Of a stretch of DNA of 64,000 bases, positions 1 through 9,537 are shown piece after piece. A program made the position numbers and the translations under genes. This DNA is from Phycisphaerales bacterium (GTDB taxonomy: Bacteria; Planctomycetota; Phycisphaerae; Phycisphaerales; UBA1924): positions 54,792-118,791 of the forward strand of contig JABWBB010000008.1 of NCBI GenBank assembly GCA_013360675.1. The letters are read 5' to 3'. Numbering within the stretch: the first letter of the stretch is position 1; each line of letters starts with the position of its first letter. A model generated the notes under the pieces. That model was not told the origin of the DNA. It saw only the letters and a list, made by a program, of their open reading frames with translations, and did no database searches.

Positions 1-1751
1 TCCTGCTCGCGCAGACCCCCGTCGCGCTCGCGGGCGTGATGCTGCATCACCTCCGCTTCCCGTCGTTCGAGGATCCCTTGCCTCTCCCGAGAGTGAGAGT
101 CGGGCGTGCCTTCGTGCTGCTCTTGCTGGCGAAGAGCGTGGCGGGGTTCGCCATCGCGGTGGGCATCTTTATCTTTGTTCCGCGCGGGATCGGCGGGGAC
201 CAGCTCGGTCGGTTCGGGCACGTGGGCCTTTCACGAGTCTCGGGTCTGTCCGACTCGATCGAGCTGGGGCGGGCCGGCCTCATCAGCCAATCCCAGGCCA
301 CGGTGCTCGAGGTGTCGCTCCGATCCGCGGACGGAAGCCCCATCGGCGGCGAGAATGAGATCCAGTACCTTCGGGCCATGACGCTCGATGAATACACGGA
401 CGGGCGATGGACCCGCACGCCCGCACCCGGTGACGTGGTGGACCTCGACGCCGGTCAGCGCGAGAACATGGTCTGGCCGCCGCGTCGTGCGCGGATCATC
501 GAGCAGCAGATTCGAGTGCGATCCATGGCCCCGGAGGCATCACTGCCGGCCCTCCTTTCACCCGTGTGGATCAGCTGGGATCAACCCGGCAGACTCAGGG
601 TTGACCAAGGCACACAGGAGCTTTCACGCCGCGGCGGCGCTGGGCCCCTCACCTATACGGTGGGGTCGTGGGCGGGTCAGCCATCGAGCGAACCGGCTCC
701 GCGTGCGGCGGGCGTGGGCTTTCCCTCCGAACGGATCCAAGGCTTGGCCCGAGAGGTGCTGACGCGAGCGCAGATCGAGCATGACCCCGCGAAACGAAGC
801 GTGGACGATGACCCCGCCGCGGCTCGTGCGCTCGAGAGTCACATGAGGAGCCGACGCCTTTACACGCTCGATATCCAGGCCCCGCGCGGAGGTATTGACC
901 CGACCGAATGGTTCATCTTCGATGCGGAGGCGGGGCATTGCGAGTACTTTGCGAGCGCTTTGGCCGCTCTGTGCCGCAGTGTTGGCATCGAGGCCAGAGT
1001 CGCCACCGGTTATGTGGCCAGCGAGTGGGACGCGGACAAACGGGTGTATGTCGTGCGGCGTGCGCACGCTCACGCCTGGGTCGAAGTGCACGCCGGTCAT
1101 GGGCGCTGGATGACGTATGACGCGACACCTCCCGCGGATCTGGCCGCCTCGCACGACGCCGGACGGGGCTTGATGTCGCGCATGGCTCGATGGCTCGACA
1201 GCCTTGAATCCGCCTGGGCTTCGGGTGTGGTGAGCTTTGACCAGGTGGCCCAGGGGCGGTTGCTGGGTCAGCGTCCCGGTCATGCGGGCCCCGTCGAGCG
1301 GGGATTGCTGTGGCTGCGCCGCTCGGTGCTCGGTGGACGATCCGGTCGTTCAACGAACACGGCTGACACCAGTGGCGAGTGGATCGTGCCGACGCTCTCG
1401 ATCGTGATGGGGGGCGCGATGATCGCGGGTGGTCTGGTCTTGATCCTCCGGCGACGCACGTCCGTGGGACACGCGCGAGCGCAGGGCGTGTTGCTGACCG
1501 AGTGGCTGCGATTATGCGCACGTCAGGGGCTTGTCCGTCCTGTTTGGCAGCCCCCGTTGGCCTTTGCCCGGGTGATTGAGGGCACGCACCCGGAACTGGG
1601 ATCGATCGGGCGTCTGGTGGTGGAAGGGACATACGACGCCAGGTTTGGTGGGCGGGCCATGAGCGTCGATCGGGTGCGAACCTTGCGGGATCGCATGCGG
1701 GGGTTGTTCTCGGACGCGCGATCCGGTGGTGCGGGCGCGCTGGGGCGATGA
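1..1751 (+). CDS. Transglutaminase-like domain membrane protein; 5' end probably outside the window
   Basis: Track ORF 36..1751 starts at GTG, but the frame stays open back to base 3. Hydrophobic N-terminal segment. Transglutaminase Cys-His core by eye (GHCEYFASALAALCRSVGIEARVATGY ... HAHAWVEV ... YDAT). C-terminal TM segment (IVPTLSIVMGGAMIAGGLVLIL). Confidence 0.8.
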   Translation, partial: LLAQTPVALAGVMLHHLRFPSFEDPLPLPRVRVGRAFVLLLLAKSVAGFAIAVGIFIFVPRGIGGDQLGRFGHVGLSRVSGLSDSIELGRAGLISQSQATVLEVSLRSADGSPIGGENEIQYLRAMTLDEYTDGRWTRTPAPGDVVDLDAGQRENMVWPPRRARIIEQQIRVRSMAPEASLPALLSPVWISWDQPGRLRVDQGTQELSRRGGAGPLTYTVGSWAGQPSSEPAPRAAGVGFPSERIQGLAREVLTRAQIEHDPAKRSVDDDPAAARALESHMRSRRLYTLDIQAPRGGIDPTEWFIFDAEAGHCEYFASALAALCRSVGIEARVATGYVASEWDADKRVYVVRRAHAHAWVEVHAGHGRWMTYDATPPADLAASHDAGRGLMSRMARWLDSLESAWASGVVSFDQVAQGRLLGQRPGHAGPVERGLLWLRRSVLGGRSGRSTNTADTSGEWIVPTLSIVMGGAMIAGGLVLILRRRTSVGHARAQGVLLTEWLRLCARQGLVRPVWQPPLAFARVIEGTHPELGSIGRLVVEGTYDARFGGRAMSVDRVRTLRDRMRGLFSDARSGGAGALGR

Positions 1752-1798
1752 GCATTGTCAGACTGGCGAATGGCTGAATCGCGCGGGGGCATCGCCCG

Positions 1799-2734
1799 AT
1801 GCTCACCGCGACGCCGTGGTGTTGGCCCGTGGATTTCACCCCCGGCGGGGTGAATCGGGTGAATCTCCGGCGCGCATTGGCCCAGCCGAGGCCCGGGGAG
1901 GGCGACGTGCCCGCGAATCGATCGAGAACGGAACGCTGGCGGGAATCGCTGCACCAGATCTACGAGCGCAACGGCGGGCTCGAAATTTCACTCAAACGCA
2001 AGCCCGGTGCGGCCGAGGGGCCGGACCTGCTCTGGCGTGTCCGGCTGATGGGGATCAACGATCAGGAACTGCTGGTCGAATCTCCCGCCGCCGCGGGCAA
2101 GAGCATCGCGATGGTCAGCGGCGCTGAGCTCGTGGTGGTGATGGCGGTGGGGCAGAACCGGTGGATGTTCCATTCCAAGGTGCTTGAATCCACCCCCGGC
2201 GGCCTGCGGCTGGCCATGCCCGAGCATGTCGAGCGCTGCCAGCGGCGCGACTTCATGCGGATCTCGACCGCGGCGGTGAATCCGGCGCGGGTGCAGTGCT
2301 GGCGCCTGCTCGACCCCGCCTCGGTGGTCGCGGCGGAAATCGCCAACAAGGGGCTGGTGCTCGATCTCGAAAACGGCGTTCACACGCGCCCGGCAGAGTG
2401 CGACGTCGAGACCATGCTGCTGCCGACCGTGGGGCCTGGCTTCCACGCACGGTTGATCAACATCGGCGGCGGCGGTGTAGGTCTGCTGGTGGACAAGTCG
2501 GAGGCGTCGGCGCTCGACCGCTGCCGCTATGTGTGGATGAAGATTGACCTTCGCCCGGAGATCCCCGCGCCCATCGGGCTGACGGCCCGCCTGGTGCACG
2601 TGCACACGGACCACGAGCAGAACGTCTACGCGGGCCTGGCCTTCGAGTTCTCGTTCAACGCGGGGCACCGGGACTTTGTCGTATCGCAGATCGGGCGGTA
2701 CGTGGGGGCGGTCCAGGCCAGGCACGCGGCCTAG
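1799..2734 (+). CDS. PilZ domain protein (c-di-GMP receptor-like)
   Basis: 311-aa ORF with ATG start. PilZ signature by eye: RRDFMRI (RxxxR) followed by LINIGGGGVGLLV ((D/N)xSxxG-like). Confidence 0.65.
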   Translation: MLTATPWCWPVDFTPGGVNRVNLRRALAQPRPGEGDVPANRSRTERWRESLHQIYERNGGLEISLKRKPGAAEGPDLLWRVRLMGINDQELLVESPAAAGKSIAMVSGAELVVVMAVGQNRWMFHSKVLESTPGGLRLAMPEHVERCQRRDFMRISTAAVNPARVQCWRLLDPASVVAAEIANKGLVLDLENGVHTRPAECDVETMLLPTVGPGFHARLINIGGGGVGLLVDKSEASALDRCRYVWMKIDLRPEIPAPIGLTARLVHVHTDHEQNVYAGLAFEFSFNAGHRDFVVSQIGRYVGAVQARHAA

Positions 2735-2788
2735 GCGACGGGGCGAGGTATTGGCCCATACACTCTGGTTCACCACCGGAGTGTTGTC

Positions 2789-5230
2789 ATGAACCCACGC
2801 GCGATCGGCTTCTTTGGCGTCTTGTTCACGACCGTTGCCCTCCACGCGGCCCCGCCCGAAACGAAGCGCGAGCCCGTGACCGACACGCTGCACGGCGTGA
2901 AGCTGGTGGACAACTACCGCTGGCTCGAGGGCGACAACAGCGATCCCAAGGAGATGGGAAAGCTATCGCCCGAGGTCGCCGCGTGGACCGACGCGCAGAA
3001 CGCCTACACGCGTGGGCTGCTCGACACGCTCCCCGGGCGCAAGGCCCTCGAAGACCGCATCCGCCCGCTGATGGAGATCGGTTCGATCACGGCCCCGGCG
3101 ATGCGCCGCAACCGGTATTTCTATACGCGGCGCGAGGGGAAGGAATCGCAGCCCCGGGTCTTTGTGCGCGAAGGGTACAAGGGCGAGCCGCGACTGCTGC
3201 TCGATCCGGGCGCGCTCGACGCCGACGGGCTGACGGCGCTGGGCGGGTATTGGCCCAGCCAGGACGGGAAGTACCTGGCATTCGGGCTGTACCGGGCGGG
3301 CGATGAAAACACCACGGTCTATGTCATGGACGTGGACACCGGGCACTGGCTCGCCGACGAGATCCCCGGCAAGGCGGGGGGCGTGAACTGGATGCCCGAC
3401 AACAGCGGGTTCTTCTACGAGCGCCTGGCGGACATCAAGAACCCCTATTCGGCGCAGGTCAAGTTCCACCGCTTGGGCACGCACCAGCGGATGGACCCGA
3501 TGCTCTTCCGCCAGTACACCAAGGAAGAGAACGAAAAACTGGCGACCACCTGGGGCCCCGGCGCGTCGATCTCGCGCGACGCCCGCTGGATGATCCTCTC
3601 CTACTGGACGGGCACCTCATCGAATGACATTTGGTGCATCGACCTTGATCGCTGGTTCCGCACGGGCGAATTCGTCAAGAACGAGATCATGGTCGGCGCG
3701 GATGCCACCTTCGGCGGCTCGGTTGTCGGCGACACGCTGCTCATGCAGACCAACCACGAAGCACCCAATGGCAAGGTGGTCGCGGTCGATCTCAACAACC
3801 CGGCCAAGGCGAACTGGCGTGAGTTCATCCCCGAACGCAAGGACGCCGTGCTCGATTCGTTCTCGGTGGCGCGCGGCGTCATCGCCGCCGACTACCAGGA
3901 AAAGGCCACCACGCGCTACATGCTCTTTGACATGAGCGGCAAACCCCTGTCGAACCTTGCGCTGCCGGGCATCGGCTCGGCGGGTCTCCAGACGGAGGAG
4001 GACCGCACCGAGGCCTTCCTTACGTTCACCAGTTTCAACTACCCCAACACCGTCTTCCGCGTGGACCTGGCCAACCCCGGCGCGGCCCCCGAGTTGTGGG
4101 AGCGTCCTGCCGTTCCGGTTGATCCTGATACGGTCGAGGTCAAGCAGGTGACGTATTCGTCCAAGGACGGCACGCCCGTCACGATGTTCATCGTGCACAA
4201 GAAGGGCCTCGTCCTCAACGGGAACAACCCGACGATTCTCAATGGCTATGGCGGGTTCAATATCTCGATGAACCCGTCATTCTCCGCCACGCTCTTCCCT
4301 TGGTTTGAGGACGGCGGGGTTTTCGCCTTGCCCAACCTGCGCGGCGGGGGTGAGTACGGCAAGGCCTGGCACGAGGGCGGGATGCTCGCCAACAAGCAGA
4401 ATGTCTTCGACGACTTTGCCGCCGCGGCGAAGTACTTGTTCGAGCAGAAGTACACCAACCCCTCAAAGTTGGCGATCACGGGCGGATCGAACGGCGGTCT
4501 GCTGACAGGCACGCTGGTGACGCAGAACCCGGACCTGTTCGCGGCGGCGATCGTCGCTGTGCCGCTGCTCGACATGATCCGCTATCAGGACTTCCTGATG
4601 GCGCGGTACTGGGTGCCCGAGTACGGGACTGCCGAGAACAAGGACCACTTCGAGTTCATTCTCAAGTACAGCCCCTACCAGAACATCAAGGCGGGCACGA
4701 AGTACCCGGCGGTGATGGTGACCGCGGGCGAGAATGACACGCGGGTGCACCCGATGCACGCGCGGAAAATGGCCGCCGCACTTCAGGCTGCGACAGCGTC
4801 GGATCCCAATACGCGTCCGGTGCTGCTGTGGGTGGACCGTGAGGCGGGGCACGGGCAGGGCAAGCCCCTGCACCTGCGCCTGCGGGACATCGTCGATCAA
4901 CGCATGTTCATCATGTGGCAGTTGGGGATGATCCCCGGCAAGCCTGTATCGGCCCTGCCCGGTGATGAAGCGGCGCATGCCGCGGCCCCGATCGCGGCGA
5001 TGGGCGCGATGCGGAGCCTCTCGTTCAACGTCAAGGGGATGACCTGCGTGGGGTGCGCCGCCGAGGTGGAGGAGATCCTGGGTGCATTCGATGGCGTCGA
5101 AAGCGTGAAGGTCGATCTCAAGGGCGCCAAGGCCAAGGTCAATCTGCGCGACGGGGCCAGCCCCGACGTGAAGGCCATGGTGAGCTCGCTCAAGGAGAAA
5201 AAGTTCACCGCCACGGCGACGGGCGGGTGA
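2789..5230 (+). CDS. Secreted prolyl oligopeptidase (S9A family) with C-terminal heavy-metal-associated (HMA) domain
   Basis: N-terminal signal-like MNPRAIGFFGVLFTTVALHA. POP N-terminus DNYRWLEGDN. Catalytic Ser motif ITGGSNGGLL, plus ENDTRV and GHG near the C-terminus of the hydrolase domain. The last ~73 aa (nt ~5009..5227) have an HMA pattern with GMTCVGCAAEVEEIL. Confidence 0.9.
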   Translation: MNPRAIGFFGVLFTTVALHAAPPETKREPVTDTLHGVKLVDNYRWLEGDNSDPKEMGKLSPEVAAWTDAQNAYTRGLLDTLPGRKALEDRIRPLMEIGSITAPAMRRNRYFYTRREGKESQPRVFVREGYKGEPRLLLDPGALDADGLTALGGYWPSQDGKYLAFGLYRAGDENTTVYVMDVDTGHWLADEIPGKAGGVNWMPDNSGFFYERLADIKNPYSAQVKFHRLGTHQRMDPMLFRQYTKEENEKLATTWGPGASISRDARWMILSYWTGTSSNDIWCIDLDRWFRTGEFVKNEIMVGADATFGGSVVGDTLLMQTNHEAPNGKVVAVDLNNPAKANWREFIPERKDAVLDSFSVARGVIAADYQEKATTRYMLFDMSGKPLSNLALPGIGSAGLQTEEDRTEAFLTFTSFNYPNTVFRVDLANPGAAPELWERPAVPVDPDTVEVKQVTYSSKDGTPVTMFIVHKKGLVLNGNNPTILNGYGGFNISMNPSFSATLFPWFEDGGVFALPNLRGGGEYGKAWHEGGMLANKQNVFDDFAAAAKYLFEQKYTNPSKLAITGGSNGGLLTGTLVTQNPDLFAAAIVAVPLLDMIRYQDFLMARYWVPEYGTAENKDHFEFILKYSPYQNIKAGTKYPAVMVTAGENDTRVHPMHARKMAAALQAATASDPNTRPVLLWVDREAGHGQGKPLHLRLRDIVDQRMFIMWQLGMIPGKPVSALPGDEAAHAAAPIAAMGAMRSLSFNVKGMTCVGCAAEVEEILGAFDGVESVKVDLKGAKAKVNLRDGASPDVKAMVSSLKEKKFTATATGG

Positions 5231-5233
5231 GAC

Positions 5234-6064
5234 TCACTCGTTGGGCACGACCTGGCGCAGGATGAGTTCGAAGAGTTTGGCGCGGCGTTCCTCGTCGAGC
5301 ACGTCGTAGACCTTGTTGATCGCCGCCCGGCGCTGGTCAGGTGTGGGCTTGAGTTTGCCTTCGCGGATCAGATCGAGCACGACATCGCGGATGGCGAGGC
5401 GCTGCTCTGGCGTGGGCTCAAGCGCGGCGTACATCACCTCGAGGCGCTCGCGGTATGGGCGGATCACCCGTTCATAGGCGAGGCGGACCTCGTCCTGGAA
5501 GAGTTGGAATGCCAGGCGTTTTTCAACGCGGGCGCGGGCCTCGTCGCTCTTGTCCTTGGACGAGCGGAGTTCCCAGTCGATCCAGGCCTGCCAATAGTCA
5601 TCGAGCAGACGGGTGAACTCGACCTTCTGCGCGGGTTTGAGGATCTCGAGCATCGGCGCGGCGAGGGGGTCACGCGGCGGGGAGGCCTCAAACTGCTCGT
5701 AGAGTTTCGCGTAGGCCGCCTGGGCTTCGGCGTTCTTGCCGGCTGAAAGGGCGTCGGTCGCTTCTTTGAGCAGTTCCACATGTTCGGCCAGAAGCATGCC
5801 GATGGCGTTGGCCCGATCGGTGCAGAGTTTGGTCGCGCGTTCGCGCGCTTTGCCCTCGAGCCCAAGAACGACAATGGCGGCTTCCTCGGGGCGACCTTCG
5901 AGGCGGCGGAAGTTGCCTCGTGCATCCTTGTTGACCAGCGTCTTGGCGACGGTGTCGGGGACGGCCGGCCCTTTCAGCACCGGTTCCGGGCTCTCCTGGG
6001 CGAGGCCCACGGCGCACAAACCCAGGGTTCCGGCGAGAAACGCCGCACGGGTGGATCGGAGCAT
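5234..6064 (-). CDS. Hypothetical secreted helical protein with LTXXQ-like repeats (Spy/CpxP/ZraP-like?)
   Basis: ATG at 6064. Signal peptide MLRSTRAAFLAGTLGLCAVGLAQE. Charged helical sequence with two PTP(E/D)QR motifs (LEPTPEQRLAIRDV, LKPTPDQRRAAINKV). The functional call is weak. Confidence 0.7.
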   Translation of the reverse strand: MLRSTRAAFLAGTLGLCAVGLAQESPEPVLKGPAVPDTVAKTLVNKDARGNFRRLEGRPEEAAIVVLGLEGKARERATKLCTDRANAIGMLLAEHVELLKEATDALSAGKNAEAQAAYAKLYEQFEASPPRDPLAAPMLEILKPAQKVEFTRLLDDYWQAWIDWELRSSKDKSDEARARVEKRLAFQLFQDEVRLAYERVIRPYRERLEVMYAALEPTPEQRLAIRDVVLDLIREGKLKPTPDQRRAAINKVYDVLDEERRAKLFELILRQVVPNE

Positions 6065-6180
6065 GGGATCAGGATAACCGGGAACCGAACCGACGCAAGC
6101 CCCGAGGGATGGTGCCGCCGCGGCCCGGCGACGTACACTGGGGCAGGATTGACGAGTTCACGGGCGAAGGAGCGCCGGCC

Positions 6181-7314
6181 ATGGCCAAATCGAAATCGAG
6201 CGGGTTGACGAGCAGTGTGAAGGACCGCGACGCCAGGACGCTGAGCAAGATCAAGGATCTGGCCGACGGGGTGGCCAAGGCGGCCCTGGGCGGGAAGGAG
6301 CCCCGGTTCGAGATCCCCACGCGGACACGATCAAACACGAACTGGAATAAGAAGAAGGGCATCCTCGAGATGGGGGATGCCACGAGCGAGCGCCTGCTCT
6401 TCAACCTGAACCAGGCCAAGCAGTTCATGCAGACGTGCCTGCACTCGAGTTCGATCAAGGATCTGATCGAGGTCGAAAAAACGCTCAGCCTCCGCGGTAT
6501 GTTCTACAAGGGGCTGCACACCGTCGCGGGGACTAAGGAAAAGACTTTCGCCGATCAGGCCGAGTCGGACGGGATTCTCGAGGATCTTGAGGTCTCGCTG
6601 GGGGCGCTGCGCGAGGAACTGCACATCTTCGCGAAGAAGAAAGGAACGATGATCGGGAACATCACGATCATCGACAGCGGGGACGAGATCGACTGCCGCA
6701 AGATGGGCTCGGGTGGATACTCGATCCCGTCGATCGTCGAGCCCGACGTGATGCAGTTCAAGAAGTGCGAGGCGAAGTTCGTCCTGCACGTCGAAAAGGA
6801 CACGGTGTGGGGGCGGTTCAACGAAGACAAATTCTGGCAGAAGCACAACTGCATCCTGACCGAGGGCGGCGGGCAACCCTCGCGGGGCGTGCGCCGCCTG
6901 CTCCAGCGACTCAACAGCGAGTTGGGGCTGCCGATCTATTGCCTGCTCGATTGCGACCCCTGGGGGCACTACATCTTCAGCGTCATCAAGCAGGGCTCGA
7001 TCTCGCTGGCCTTCGAGAGCAACCGCCTGGCAATTCCGCAGGCCAAGTTCATCGGCGTGCGCTCGAAAGACTTCACGGCGTGCGGCCTGAGCGAGGACGT
7101 GCAGATCGCGCTCAACGATAACGACATCAAGCGGGCCAAGGAGATCGCCGCCTATCCGTGGTTCGCGCACCACAAGGGTTGGCAGAAGGAGATCCAGGGA
7201 CTGCTCGACAACGGCTTCAAGATGGAAGTCGAAGCGATGATCAACAAGGGGATCTCGTACGTCACCGAGGAATACGTCCCCGCGCGTCTCAAGGCCAAGG
7301 ATTGGCTCGATTGA
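6181..7314 (+). CDS. top6A: DNA topoisomerase VI subunit A / Spo11-family protein
   Basis: ATG 6181 is preceded by GAAGGAG 8 nt upstream; the track ORF starts earlier, at 6109. 5Y-CAP-like LSLRGMFYKGLH. Toprim motifs FVLHVEKDTVWGRF and PIYCLLDCDPWGHYIF (E ... DxD). Confidence 0.8.
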   Translation: MAKSKSSGLTSSVKDRDARTLSKIKDLADGVAKAALGGKEPRFEIPTRTRSNTNWNKKKGILEMGDATSERLLFNLNQAKQFMQTCLHSSSIKDLIEVEKTLSLRGMFYKGLHTVAGTKEKTFADQAESDGILEDLEVSLGALREELHIFAKKKGTMIGNITIIDSGDEIDCRKMGSGGYSIPSIVEPDVMQFKKCEAKFVLHVEKDTVWGRFNEDKFWQKHNCILTEGGGQPSRGVRRLLQRLNSELGLPIYCLLDCDPWGHYIFSVIKQGSISLAFESNRLAIPQAKFIGVRSKDFTACGLSEDVQIALNDNDIKRAKEIAAYPWFAHHKGWQKEIQGLLDNGFKMEVEAMINKGISYVTEEYVPARLKAKDWLD

Positions 7315-7342
7315 CGCTGTCGGTGGGGCGGTGGGGCGGCGG

Positions 7343-8626
7343 TCAGACGGGCGGGATGGGCCTGCCGTGCGGGTCCTGAGTGGCTTGGACAGCCTTGCTC
7401 AGGCGCTTGGCCAGTTCGGCCGAGACGAAGTGTTCGACGCGGTGCGAGGCCTCGTGCAGATGATCAAGGGGCAAGTCGGTCTTCTGGGCAAGGTAGGTCT
7501 CCCACAGGCGGTGAGCACGGACGATCGCCGCACCCTGTTCGAGGCCCGCGGGCGTGAGAGAGAGCCCGCCGTTAATCCGACGCACACTCTGATCAAGCCG
7601 CAGGAGGCGACGCGCCAGGCGCTGGCGCAGTGTGCTGGGCGGCAAGACCGTCAGCGTGGCACTGGGTTCGGGGCTGGCCTCGTGCTGTCGATAGAGGGCG
7701 GCGAGTTCGTCCTCTCGTGCGATGCGGATGGCGAGCAAGCCGCGCCGGACCCATCGCGTGACGATGCCGTGGCGCGGCGCGAGCAGGGCCGCTGTGAGGA
7801 ACTGCACGCCCGCCGCCACGCTGATAACGCCAGCGACGGACGTATCGAACCACTTCGCACCCAGGAAACCCAGGAAGGCTGCCGTAACCCCCAGGAAGGC
7901 GGCGAGAACCAGCGTGCTCGAGAGGCGATCGGTGAGCAGGTGGGCGGTGGCGCCCGGGGCCACGAGCATCGCCACGACCAGGATTGAACCGACCGATTCA
8001 AACGCGGCAACGCACGTGGCGGCGACAAAGGTCATCAGCAGGTAGTGGATTACGCCTGCGCCAAAGCCCATCGCTGTCGACATGGCCGGATCGAAGCTCG
8101 ACAGGCGGAGCTCCTTGAACAGAACGATCACGAAGAGCAGATCGGCGACGAGGATCATGCTCAGCCAGAGGACCGCACGCGGGATGTCAATGCCGAGGAC
8201 AGTCGTCGTATCGAGGGGGACAAACTCGATCTGGCCATAAAGCACGCAACCGGGGTCGAGATCGACACGGTCGGCGACCCACGTGATGAGCAGCACGCCA
8301 AACGCGAAGAGAGATGAAAAAACCACGCCCAGCGATGCGTCGCTGCCGAGACGCGCGACGCGCTGGATGCCCGCCGTCAGACCCGCCGTGGCCAGCCCCG
8401 CAGCGAGCGCGCCCAGCAGCATGGGCCATACGTCGCGCGAGCCCGACAGGATGAACGCCATCGCAATGCCCGGCAGGATCGCGTGCGAGATCGCATCGCC
8501 CAGCAGCGAGAGCCTGCGCAACACGAGGAAGGTACCGATGACCGCGCACGCCGCGCACGCGAGGGCAGCGGCGGTCACAACCCACCACTCGCTGCCCTCG
8601 GGCCATATGTGAAGGTCGAACGTCAT
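7343..8626 (-). CDS. Metal (Mn/Zn/Fe) ABC transporter permease fused to a C-terminal DtxR/TroR-like domain
   Basis: Start MTFDLHIW at 8626 overlaps the upstream stop (ATGA). ABC-3 type permease body (LLGDAISHAILPGIA). The last ~127 aa (nt ~7346..7726) resemble a DtxR N-terminal plus dimerisation domain (LTPAGLEQGAAIVRAHRLWETYL ... HEASHRVEHFVSAEL ... DPHGRPIP). The track ORF 7343..8947 is over-extended. Confidence 0.85.
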   Translation of the reverse strand: MTFDLHIWPEGSEWWVVTAAALACAACAVIGTFLVLRRLSLLGDAISHAILPGIAMAFILSGSRDVWPMLLGALAAGLATAGLTAGIQRVARLGSDASLGVVFSSLFAFGVLLITWVADRVDLDPGCVLYGQIEFVPLDTTTVLGIDIPRAVLWLSMILVADLLFVIVLFKELRLSSFDPAMSTAMGFGAGVIHYLLMTFVAATCVAAFESVGSILVVAMLVAPGATAHLLTDRLSSTLVLAAFLGVTAAFLGFLGAKWFDTSVAGVISVAAGVQFLTAALLAPRHGIVTRWVRRGLLAIRIAREDELAALYRQHEASPEPSATLTVLPPSTLRQRLARRLLRLDQSVRRINGGLSLTPAGLEQGAAIVRAHRLWETYLAQKTDLPLDHLHEASHRVEHFVSAELAKRLSKAVQATQDPHGRPIPPV

Positions 8627-9537
8627 GCGGTCCTCTCGATGCGGCGGCGACCGAGCCAGCCGGGGATGACGCCGCGGGCCTTGCCCAGCAGCAGAGAGAC
8701 GACAAAGACGCACGCGGCGCAGAGCACGATCAGCGGGCCGGTGGGCCAGCCGCGTGTGCCGGGTGCAGGCAGCACCGCGCTCATTGCGGTGCCCGCGAGA
8801 CCCGACGCCCCGCCGATGAGCCCCGAGAGCAGAACCATCGGGCCCAGGCGATTCGTCCACAGGCGAGCGGCGGCGGGGGGGATGATCAGCAACGCGACCA
8901 TGAGCACCACGCCCACGGCGGGCAGGCCGGCGACCGTGCAGACGCACACCAGCAGCATGAGGAGCAGATCAAGCCGCAGCGTGGGCCAACCCTGCGACGC
9001 GCCAAAGTCTTCATCGAAGCAGAGGAGTTTGAGTTCCTTATACAGCAGCACGACGATCAGCAGCACACCCGCACAGACCCCGGCGATGAGCAGTGCATCA
9101 TCGCGCACCATCGATGCCGCCTTGCCGAAGATGAACCCGTCGAGGCCAGCCTTGTTGCCGCCGGGCGAACGCTGGATGACCCCCGACATGGCGATGCCCA
9201 GCCCGAAAAAGGCGCCGATGACAATGCCGATCGCCGCATCCTCCTTCACACGGGTGGCCCCGCGGATGAGCGTGATGGCCCACGCGGCGAGCGCACCAAA
9301 GACCAGCGCGCCCAGCAGTAGCGATCCGAACTGACGCGAACCCACGATCAAGAATGCCACGCAGATGCCCGGCAGTGCGGCGTGGGCCACGGCGTCGGCC
9401 ACCAGCCCGCGGCGACGCAGCATCGCAAAGGCCCCGACCACCCCTGACACCAGGCCCAGTGTGCCCGTCCCCAGCAGCACGGTGCGGGTTGTCGAATCCT
9501 GCAGCGTGATGAGGCGCAGCAGATCGAGGTCGTTCAT
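8623..9537 (-). CDS. Metal ABC transporter permease (TroC/MntC-like)
   Basis: 304-aa polytopic protein with the motif [14 protein letters not shown]. Its ATG overlaps the upstream ATPase stop (ATGA). Confidence 0.9.
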   Translation of the reverse strand: MNDLDLLRLITLQDSTTRTVLLGTGTLGLVSGVVGAFAMLRRRGLVADAVAHAALPGICVAFLIVGSRQFGSLLLGALVFGALAAWAITLIRGATRVKEDAAIGIVIGAFFGLGIAMSGVIQRSPGGNKAGLDGFIFGKAASMVRDDALLIAGVCAGVLLIVVLLYKELKLLCFDEDFGASQGWPTLRLDLLLMLLVCVCTVAGLPAVGVVLMVALLIIPPAAARLWTNRLGPMVLLSGLIGGASGLAGTAMSAVLPAPGTRGWPTGPLIVLCAACVFVVSLLLGKARGVIPGWLGRRRIERTA

